This document shows positions 11,305 to 19,340 of a stretch of 64,000 nt of DNA, piece after piece (the first letter of the stretch is position 1; every line of letters starts with the position of its first letter). Below the pieces are notes generated by a model, which was not told the origin of the DNA, searched no databases, and was given only the letters and a program-made list of their open reading frames with translations. The translations under genes were made by a program, and so were the position numbers. The stretch is taken from positions 97,900,001 to 97,964,000 of the forward strand of contig CM059432.1 in assembly GCA_030390025.1 (NCBI GenBank). Direction: 5' to 3'. The DNA is from Squalus acanthias (lineage: Eukaryota).

Positions 11305-12714
11305 TTACACGGTGCTCTCATCGTGCACGCGCACGTAACGTTCTCGCCACTCTCCCGTGTTTTCATGTTTGGTGAGGCGTTTGTCTCTTTTACAATGTAT
11401 GACCAATAGGTACACTACAATAAACACTTGACATACGACTAAAATGTGGGAGGCTATTCTGATCCATGAAGGTACTTCAATATTAGTGAACAGATTCCAC
11501 CACGGTGGAACTACTATGTCCAGAATGTCTGTTCCTATTTCGACAGTTTTCTGCTCTAATGTATAAAAATGTTTCTGTGATACCGCGACGGCTTTCAGAA
11601 GTTTGGTTAAGTGTTCAGGGAGAGGGGGAATGAGGTATCCAAAATGCGCGACAAATCGCTGCAAGTCGGTGAAATTCTCTTTTACTGTGAGATGAAAAGC
11701 AGTGAACGCATCGTTCACCAAACCCCTTCTTTGCCTCCCTACTTGATCCAAAACTTCCTGTGGTGCGGTGTACAAACTTGTTTTATCAATTTCTGCAAAA
11801 TCAAACTCGTAAAATTGTCTGAACATCTTGGTCAACAGGACCTGATACAACTGTTCCGTCTTTTTGGGGCACCACTCTGGTAACCGCACCTCAGTGAGAT
11901 TTAAAATCACCGAGGCCACCGCGTAATGTACTCCCTGAAATAGTATCTGGTCTGTGGGGACCAGTACCAAACCATTCCCGGGTCCCTTACTAGTTTTAGG
12001 GCACCCTTCTTCCTCAGCCAGAACCACCGGAATCGTGGGCGGGGCTTTGCGTGGGCGCGTAATGAGTTCAGTGGCATTTACTGGGATCGGGGAGAATGGG
12101 GCTCCGCACCCCCTGGTGCTCGCATCCCACCTCATCCCCTGTCCGTTATCCTGCCATTGATTAATAAAAAATATGGAGATGCCTTTGGGGCAAACGTACT
12201 TTGACCCCCACATACATACATAAATTCCCTCATCCGGTTCCCACCATTTGTCCCAACAGACTTTCACTTGTCCGTCTGTCCCCGTAATTGTCCGATGGGT
12301 ATTATTACCCAGTCGTTCCCACTCGACCGAAGAGTTTCTCATAGTTTTGCTCAGCTTTCGCAGCCACCACCATCGGCTCAATGGGACCTTCCCACTACAA
12401 GTCAAACAAATCCGTTTGCCGACGGTGACGCTGATCCTGGGTGCGATGATCCTTACTTTGGGGCACAGTAAAGAAGTCTCTTGGTAGGCAAACCCCGAGG
12501 TGCTAGAATACTCCGTTGAGTTCGTTCCCAGCCATCCTGGCCACCTTCCCTTGTGGAAATAGGTGCTGGTCCCCTCTGCCTTCCGTCTTCCGGTCCCATC
12601 CACCGCGATGGGGGCCGTGTCCCCGGAACATCCAAACACCACGACATCCTTGGTGCGGCCTCGATAGGCCAATCCACATCCGATTGCCACGAGCAATACT
12701 AGAATTCGTTCCAT
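11305..12714 (-). CDS. env: Env-like glycoprotein, 469 aa: signal peptide, Ig-like domain, furin site RQRR, C-terminal transmembrane helix
   Basis: MERILVLLVAIGCGLA signal; LTC...WWWLR...DEGIYVC; RQRR/GLVN; IASHILVVCQVFIVVYLLVIH; candidate splice acceptor (ctgatcacag) 13 nt upstream of the ATG. Confidence 0.85.
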   Translation of the reverse strand: MERILVLLVAIGCGLAYRGRTKDVVVFGCSGDTAPIAVDGTGRRKAEGTSTYFHKGRWPGWLGTNSTEYSSTSGFAYQETSLLCPKVRIIAPRISVTVGKRICLTCSGKVPLSRWWWLRKLSKTMRNSSVEWERLGNNTHRTITGTDGQVKVCWDKWWEPDEGIYVCMWGSKYVCPKGISIFFINQWQDNGQGMRWDASTRGCGAPFSPIPVNATELITRPRKAPPTIPVVLAEEEGCPKTSKGPGNGLVLVPTDQILFQGVHYAVASVILNLTEVRLPEWCPKKTEQLYQVLLTKMFRQFYEFDFAEIDKTSLYTAPQEVLDQVGRQRRGLVNDAFTAFHLTVKENFTDLQRFVAHFGYLIPPLPEHLTKLLKAVAVSQKHFYTLEQKTVEIGTDILDIVVPPWWNLFTNIEVPSWIRIASHILVVCQVFIVVYLLVIHCKRDKRLTKHENTGEWRERYVRVHDESTV

Positions 12715-13001
12715 CCTTCCTTGGTTCCTGTGATCAGATAGAATGAGGTAGCCAGCCTCGCAAGAGTCTCTGGCTTTTGTGAAGGGTGAGCGGGTCCCCT
12801 GACCTCGCCTCACGTAAACTTCAACGTTTGCTGAATAAACTTCAACTAAACCTAACTTTAAAACTCCCATCATTTTATCGTTTTCTGTTAAAAACACTAC
12901 AAACTTAGCCTTATTAAAAAAACTATAAACTTAACCTTGAACTATAAACTTAAAACTTAACTTCTTACTATACAGTGCCGCCCGTTCTCAGGGCGGCCCC
13001 T

Positions 13002-13598
13002 TTAAATTCTGAGAAGGCTGCTGCGAGCTCTTCCCGACGGTGGGAGGGCACTGACCCTTCCCTCTGATCTGCCGCAGCCTGTTGCTGCGCTGACCCTTCC
13101 CTCTGATCTGCCGCAGCCTGTTACTGCTGCGATGTGGCCGGTCTGTACCCGGGTTATCTTAACCTGAAGTCTACGCCTTGGGGCAGTCTGGGGACATGAC
13201 CACATCCTCCTGGGCTGGGGTTCTCTACCTGACCTACGGGGAGTTGCTATGGGCGGGGGTTCCGTGACGGACGGACCGGGTTCCGAGACCTCCAACGGGA
13301 TGACCTGGGGTTCCATCACAGTCGCCGGCTCCGCCTCCGCTGACTCCGCCTCCCTAACCTCGGGGCTGGCAGTTCGTGGCTCCGCCCTGCTCGGCCCAGC
13401 AGGCGGCCCTTCACTCGTGATCTCTGCCTCCCCTGAGGACTGGACGTTCAAAGCGGGCGGCCACATCTCTGGGAGCCACACCGGTACTCTTTGTGCTCCT
13501 ATGGCGGCTGGCCCTGCCTCCTCTAGCTCCTCCCTCCTGTCCTCGGGACCTGCAGCTTGTGTGTCCACCCTGTGTGGATCTCTACCTATAGGCCCCAT
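13002..13598 (-). CDS. Pro/Glu-rich 198-aa ORF between pol and env (frameshifted Pol tail or accessory ORF)
   Basis: Open frame, low complexity, PRRSGREPQP motif, 39-nt tandem duplication. Confidence 0.4.
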   Translation of the reverse strand: MGPIGRDPHRVDTQAAGPEDRREELEEAGPAAIGAQRVPVWLPEMWPPALNVQSSGEAEITSEGPPAGPSRAEPRTASPEVREAESAEAEPATVMEPQVIPLEVSEPGPSVTEPPPIATPRRSGREPQPRRMWSCPQTAPRRRLQVKITRVQTGHIAAVTGCGRSEGRVSAATGCGRSEGRVSALPPSGRARSSLLRI

Positions 13599-13615
13599 TC
13601 CCTCCAGACCGTTCC

Positions 13616-16600
13616 TCAGGAACCACCCGTCATCATCACTATGCTCATAGCACTATCCTCATCTGACCAGGGTACCCTGGGTTCTTCCTCATCTAACCCC
13701 CAACTCCAGAAAAACGCTGCATGATCGTCCGGGATGTCCCTTCCCCTGATGCAAGCTGCTATGCCTGCCTGTGTGCCTTGTGGTCCTACCTGGGGCTGTG
13801 CTTTCCCATTGGCGGGATTTACCCCTGTAGTTTTCCCCTGCGCACCTGGCTGGTACAGTTTGCATTGGTTTATGTGGAACCACTTAGTGCGCCGAGGTAC
13901 TTTTACGGCGTAAACCATGGGACTCGCCTTGTCTACAATGTTGTAGGGTCCCATATACAGTGGTTCCAGACTCCCTACTCTGGCGTAGTTTCTGACCATG
14001 ACCTGGTCTCCTACTTCCCACTCCCGCGTTTTGCGGGGTTCCAGCAACAAGCGATTGCCCTGATGCTGCCTTCCCATGTTCCCAGCCGCCTGCTCATAAA
14101 CTTGCTTCAGGCGCTCCAAGAGAGTCTGGGCGAACTTGTCCCTGCTTATCTCTTGGAGCTGACCCTCAGTGAGCACCGGTGCTAGCACATGGGTGGGGGT
14201 TCGCATGAGCCTCCCAGTCATTACCTCGTGCGGGGAGTACCCCGTACTTTTTGACTGACTGGCCCGGACCCCCATGAGGACTAAAGGCAGAACTTCCGCC
14301 CATTTTTGGGGCGAGTTCCTAGTCTCTTTCCTCAATTTCTCCTTCAGGGTCCGGTTCATACGTTCAACAATCCCGGATGACTGGGGATTGTGTGCTACGT
14401 GCCACTTCCCTTCAATGCCCAAAAGCATGAGGGTGTTCTGCATCACCTGGCCGGTGAAATGACTCCCTTGGTCTGACTCCACAAAACGGGGGAGTCCCCA
14501 CCGCGAGAACACTTCCCGGACCAAGATTTTTGCTGTACCCAGTGCCGTAGCTGTTCGACAAGGGAAGGCTTCCACCCACTTGGAAAACACATCCACCAGG
14601 ACGAGGCAGTACTTATAACCTCCCTGGGTGGCGGGCAGGGGTCCTATATAGTCGATCTGTATCGACTGCCATGGTCCCTCTACCCTTCTTACGTGTCCCA
14701 TGGGCACCTTCCTTTTCTGGGGGTCTGGGTTGTTTGCAGCGCACACAAGACAGTTTGCACAGAACTCGCGGACTTGTTCCCTGAGCCCTGGCCACCATCC
14801 CGCTTGCTCTACCCGTTGCCAGGTAACCTCGGGCCCGGGGTGCCCTGCCCCTGGTCCCTCGTGAGCCAACTGGAGGAATTCCCTCCTGTGCTGCTGCGGC
14901 ACAACCCACTGCTCCTCGCGGAACAGCATGCCTTCCTTAACTGAGAGGGTTGCCGTACTGTACGGACCTTCTACCCGCCTCCCCTCAGCAATCGTTTTTA
15001 GGACTGCTTTTAGGGCGGGATCCTGGGTTTGGACGGTCTTGAGGTCTAGGGGCAATGCTACCCTGGTGTTCCCGGGATTCCCATCCCCGCCTCGGACCGC
15101 TGCTATGGGTCCGGCCCTATAGGGGTTCCAGAAAGTGCCGTCGCGGGCACCCTCCCTGGCTAGCGCATCCGCCTGCCGGTTGCCCTCCCCACGGGGCTCT
15201 GTGGAGGAGTGAGCTTTCACCTTATGGATGAAAATCTCTCCTTCCTCCCCTACTGCTGCTGCTAAGATCTTTTCCAGCAAGGGCTTCACCGTTAAAGGTC
15301 GCCCGTCCGCGGAGGTGTATCCGCGGCGGGACCAAATGGCCAGGTATTCCGTACACGAATTGCAGGTGAACATACTGTCCGAGCAAATCGTGTATGGGGT
15401 TGGGAAAATGTCTGGGTGGGTCACAACGTACACCACGGCAGACAGCTCAGCCTGCTGCGCGCTCATGGTGCTAGGGAGCTTGATCGCCAGGGCAAGGTCT
15501 GCCGCAGGGTCATAAACTCCACACCCTGTGAGTCGCTCGCCAGCAGACACTGTGCTAGACCCATCAACATAAATCTCGCGCCCAGTGGGATGTATCCCGG
15601 CCCGTAAACCTATGTTGACGTCCCACACCCCTTCCACCGAACACCGGTGGGCTGTACCGGGGTATACCAAATTGGCCGCAAGCCTGGGCTCGCAAAGACC
15701 TTTTACTCTAAGATCCAGCTGGGAGAGAAGAAGGGTCCAACGCGCAATGCGTGCGCTGCTTACGGTCCCGACTTTAATCCTCCCATCCAGAAGCATCTTA
15801 GTTGGTGTGTGATGTGTGAGGAGAGTGATGGGAGAGAGCCCTGTGAAGATCGCTGATCTTTTCACAGCCCAATGCGTGGCTAAAAGGTGCCTTTCGCAAT
15901 TGGAGAAACTTCTCTCCACATCCGTTAATACCCTGGATGAATAGACAACCGGCCTCAGCTTGCCGTGACGCTCTTGGAGCAGCACGGCGCTTAAGCTGTC
16001 TCCGCTGGCAGCTACCTCCAGGAAAAACTCCTTCCCCCGATCTATGGCCCCTAAGGCTGGCGCGGTCTGCAGATCCCTTTTTAACTTCTCGAAGGCTGCT
16101 TGGCAGCCCTCGTCCCAAAGCCACTCCACCCCCTTATGGAGGAGTCGGAGGAGCGGCGCCGCTGTGGCCGCATAATCTTCGATAAAATCCCTGCAGTAAC
16201 CGGTCAGTCCCAAGAAGGACCTCACACCCCTTACGTTGTTGGGAATCGGTAATTCTTGCACCGACTCCCTCCTTGCTTTGTCTATGGCTCTTTCCCCAGC
16301 GCGTATGGTCAGTCCCAGGAATTTTACTTCCCGCTGACCGATACGTGCTTTCTTAGGGTTTATTTTAAAACCCTTTCTCGCTAACAGTTCCAATAACTCG
16401 TCCAGTAGTGGTCCGTGCTCCTCCCTTGAGTCCGTAAATAGGAGCAAATCATCCACATACTGTACTATCTGATTGGGCTGACTAAACTCCTTTAAACTTC
16501 CTGCCATACACTGATGAAAAATACTGGGGCTATTGTGGAAACCCTGTGGCAGACAGTTCCACGTGTACTGTTGCCCTTTGAAAGTAAAGGCGAACTTGTA

Positions 16601-17524
16601 CTGGTCCTCTCGCCGCAGCGGGATGGACCAAAAACCGTTCGAGATATCCAGCACCGTGAACGTGGTCGCGGACGCTGGGATGCTCCCTATTAGGTCAGCA
16701 ACTGCTGCTACTGTGGGCGCGCAGGCGGGAATGTTACCGTTAAGGACTCTGTAGTCCACCGTGGCTCTCCACGAATTATCCGGCTTCCTAACCGGCCATA
16801 ATGGGGAGTTCACGTGTGTGGCTATCGGCCTCAACACGCCCTGCTGCACCAAGGAAGACATTGCTGTCTCCATATCGGGTTCTGCTTCTTTGGGGAAGTT
16901 ATACTGCTTTTGGGGTCGGGTCATGGGGTCCCCATCTACGCTGACCTCAAACCCGACCACTCTCCCACAATCGTGCTTGTGGGTTGCAAACGCGTGCATA
17001 TTATCTGACACGTACGTTTGCATGTCCGTTGGGACATCTGCGACCATAAGCCTGAGGTTGTAGCCTCCGGATGGCTGTACGGTACACAGGACCCCTGTTT
17101 CTTCCTCCCCCGGAATCACTATTACCTCGCCCTTTTCACCTTTAGCCCCCCAGAGACAGTGATTTCTGAGGTCCACGAGGATCCCGTGTCCCGCTAGGAG
17201 ATCGGACCCGAGAATACCTCTTCCACCCCCCTTTTGCCATGCCATCAGTATACACTTCCACTTAAGGCGAAGTGTTCCTAAACGAATGGATAGCGGAAGG
17301 GAAAACGTGCCAGCCTGTTCTTTTCCTGTGAACCCTGCCAACGTGAATGGGACCTTGGTAGATAGCGGCGAGTCAAAAGGGTTATCTGTATGGATTATGG
17401 TGCAAGAAGCTCCCGTGTCCAACAAATAACTGCCCTTCTGTTTCTCTACCTCCATCTCCACCACAGGTCGCCTCCACGCATCATAGCTAAGCGGACACAG
17501 GTAGACGGGCTGTGCTGGTTCTAG
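13616..17524 (-). CDS. pol: Pol: protease, RT, tether RNase H, RNase H, integrase
   Basis: LLDTGAS; LDISNGF, LPQGFHNSP, YVDD; degenerate RNase H; IYVDGSS...AQQAEL...SDS...KVKAH...GNRQAD; HHCC, IDYIGP, SDQGSHF, SSGIVERMN, GPY. Confidence 0.97.
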   Translation of the reverse strand, partial: LEPAQPVYLCPLSYDAWRRPVVEMEVEKQKGSYLLDTGASCTIIHTDNPFDSPLSTKVPFTLAGFTGKEQAGTFSLPLSIRLGTLRLKWKCILMAWQKGGGRGILGSDLLAGHGILVDLRNHCLWGAKGEKGEVIVIPGEEETGVLCTVQPSGGYNLRLMVADVPTDMQTYVSDNMHAFATHKHDCGRVVGFEVSVDGDPMTRPQKQYNFPKEAEPDMETAMSSLVQQGVLRPIATHVNSPLWPVRKPDNSWRATVDYRVLNGNIPACAPTVAAVADLIGSIPASATTFTVLDISNGFWSIPLRREDQYKFAFTFKGQQYTWNCLPQGFHNSPSIFHQCMAGSLKEFSQPNQIVQYVDDLLLFTDSREEHGPLLDELLELLARKGFKINPKKARIGQREVKFLGLTIRAGERAIDKARRESVQELPIPNNVRGVRSFLGLTGYCRDFIEDYAATAAPLLRLLHKGVEWLWDEGCQAAFEKLKRDLQTAPALGAIDRGKEFFLEVAASGDSLSAVLLQERHGKLRPVVYSSRVLTDVERSFSNCERHLLATHWAVKRSAIFTGLSPITLLTHHTPTKMLLDGRIKVGTVSSARIARWTLLLSQLDLRVKGLCEPRLAANLVYPGTAHRCSVEGVWDVNIGLRAGIHPTGREIYVDGSSTVSAGERLTGCGVYDPAADLALAIKLPSTMSAQQAELSAVVYVVTHPDIFPTPYTICSDSMFTCNSCTEYLAIWSRRGYTSADGRPLTVKPLLEKILAAAVGEEGEIFIHKVKAHSSTEPRGEGNRQADALAREGARDGTFWNPYRAGPIAAVRGGDGNPGNTRVALPLDLKTVQTQDPALKAVLKTIAEGRRVEGPYSTATLSVKEGMLFREEQWVVPQQHRREFLQLAHEGPGAGHPGPEVTWQRVEQAGWWPGLREQVREFCANCLVCAANNPDPQKRKVPMGHVRRVEGPWQSIQIDYIGPLPATQGGYKYCLVLVDVFSKWVEAFPCRTATALGTAKILVREVFSRWGLPRFVESDQGSHFTGQVMQNTLMLLGIEGKWHVAHNPQSSGIVERMNRTLKEKLRKETRNSPQKWAEVLPLVLMGVRASQSKSTGYSPHEVMTGRLMRTPTHVLAPVLTEGQLQEISRDKFAQTLLERLKQVYEQAAGNMGRQHQGNRLLLEPRKTREWEVGDQVMVRNYARVGSLEPLYMGPYNIVDKASPMVYAVKVPRRTKWFHINQCKLYQPGAQGKTTGVNPANGKAQPQVGPQGTQAGIAACIRGRDIPDDHAAFFWSWGLDEEEPRVPWSDEDSAMSIVMMTGGS

Positions 17525-19336
17525 TCATGGGGCACTATTAGACGGTCCTGCGGCACCTACGGGGCCGGTTGCGACCGCCACCTGTCCACGCGCATTCAAG
17601 ACCAGCTTGCGCATGGCTCCTAACACTGCTTCGAGGTCGTCGGGAGGGGTGGGTGCCTTGGCTTCCTTAGCCGGGACCGGCGCCTGGGCTCGCACCGCGG
17701 GATTTTTATCCTTGGAATCCTTCCAAGGGTTCCTGCAATGCTTGCGCCAGTGCCCTGTCTTCCCACACCCGTAACAAGCATTACTTGCCTGTGGGGCGCG
17801 ATTACCCTCCTGATGCCACTCTCTTTGATACGGGGCTGCGGGTCGTACCTCATGTACTCTTCCCTTAAGGGGACGTGTCGCCATACCCCTTATATTGCGA
17901 TAACCTAACGTGAGTCGATTCAAGACCGACTCTTCCGTAATGTTGAGGTCATTGGGATCAAACCATGCTTTTGCCTGCTCTCTAACGGCTGGTAAACTGT
18001 TGGCTATTATGCACCTAAGCCAATGAGTTAGAGCGGCGCCTTCCACATCTTCGCGCTCGGGCGCACCTAGACAGCTGCGCTCATATACTGGCCACAGCCT
18101 GTCGGCAAAAACCTTCGGGGGTTCTCCCTCCATCTGCACTGTCTGTCCCACTCTAGCAAACGGACCTCCGTCGTTCGCCCCCAACACTTCTAGGACCTCA
18201 TTCTTTAATTCCTCATAACTCTTGTTTCCCCTCTTGCTCTCGCCTGAGAGACACTGAAGGACCGAGCTGTCTAATGAGAACAGCAGCATTTTTGCTGTCT
18301 CCCCATCATCGCAGCCGTTAATGGCTGCGGCTTGCTCAACTTCTCTGAAATGTACGGAAGGGTCGTCTATCTCGGTCAGCTTCCGTACGTGATTTATCAT
18401 AGCTCTCAGCTGATGTGAACTGTGAGGCAACACCAGCTGTCCGAGGAGATCCCCCGGTTCTTCCCCACCGTTTCTGCTTGGGCCCCTTTTAATACCCGTT
18501 ACTGGATACAGCGATCCCTTTTCTACTTCCTTTTCAATGGGCTCTTTTGTTTCTTCCATTGCTTCCTCCCTAACCCAGGTTTCTGAATAGCTGGGTGGCG
18601 CGGAGGGCGCAGTGGCTACTACTTCTTCTGCTTTACTTGGTGGGGATTTTCTAAATCTCTCATTTACTAGCGGCTGGTGCGCCGACGGATTGATAAGGCA
18701 CACCATGCCGTTCGCATTGTTCACGGCCTTTTTGAGGTTCTCTATCTCCCTTTGACAGGCGCTATGATCGGCTCCCTGAAACTTATCCTCAAGGGCCAAC
18801 TTATATGCCGACCTAACCCCCATTAAGCTCTCTTCTTGAGTTCTTATCTGGGCAGCTTGGCGGTTACATCTTTCCTTTAACCTGCTCTCATTCAATTTTG
18901 CCTCAGTGACCTGGCACTCGAGATAATCTATCCTTGTTTTAAGGTGACTGGAGACTTCCTGGCTTTCTTGGTGTAACTCATTTAAATTCTTAATGAGCAC
19001 CTCCCCTCCAGAAACCTTCTCCTCCATTTCTCCCTCTAAATGACTGATTCGAGCTACTAGCGCTGTAATGGTCTGGTTTGAAATCTGAACCTGCCTTTTG
19101 TAGCACATAAGCCAGACTGCTTTCTCAAGTGTCTTTCTATGTTCTTTACTATCTGTCCACCTTTCAGCTGCCTCTAGTGGGCTCTTATCCGCTAACAATT
19201 CACTTATCCACTTCTTAGTTAGATTAACCTTTCCAAACACATAATCCGCTATCTTTTCCTGCATAACATTTCGTACAGTCATTCCAAAATCTAACACACT
19301 ACCCTCTCGCTGCCAGTGTCCTGCCGCGGTCGCCAT
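17525..19336 (-). CDS. gag: Gag, 603 aa, with coiled-coil-like N-half and one CCHC zinc knuckle
   Basis: CYGCGKTGHWRKHC; PSAPPSY late-domain-like motif; ATG in AAAATGG context (a later Met start cannot be excluded). Confidence 0.92.
   Translation of the reverse strand: MATAAGHWQREGSVLDFGMTVRNVMQEKIADYVFGKVNLTKKWISELLADKSPLEAAERWTDSKEHRKTLEKAVWLMCYKRQVQISNQTITALVARISHLEGEMEEKVSGGEVLIKNLNELHQESQEVSSHLKTRIDYLECQVTEAKLNESRLKERCNRQAAQIRTQEESLMGVRSAYKLALEDKFQGADHSACQREIENLKKAVNNANGMVCLINPSAHQPLVNERFRKSPPSKAEEVVATAPSAPPSYSETWVREEAMEETKEPIEKEVEKGSLYPVTGIKRGPSRNGGEEPGDLLGQLVLPHSSHQLRAMINHVRKLTEIDDPSVHFREVEQAAAINGCDDGETAKMLLFSLDSSVLQCLSGESKRGNKSYEELKNEVLEVLGANDGGPFARVGQTVQMEGEPPKVFADRLWPVYERSCLGAPEREDVEGAALTHWLRCIIANSLPAVREQAKAWFDPNDLNITEESVLNRLTLGYRNIRGMATRPLKGRVHEVRPAAPYQREWHQEGNRAPQASNACYGCGKTGHWRKHCRNPWKDSKDKNPAVRAQAPVPAKEAKAPTPPDDLEAVLGAMRKLVLNARGQVAVATGPVGAAGPSNSAP
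19318..19335 (-). promoter_or_regulatory. Primer-binding site, tRNA-Arg(TCG)
   Basis: Plus strand GTCCTGCCGCGGTCGCCA matches the recalled 3' 18 nt of vertebrate tRNA-Arg(TCG)+CCA; 5 nt from the LTR. Confidence 0.85.
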
Positions 19337-19340
19337 TTTC

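Noticed and set aside
12715..12897. Upstream extension of env
   Set aside because: Signal peptide and candidate splice acceptor point to the ATG at 12714; upstream Mets are not formally excluded
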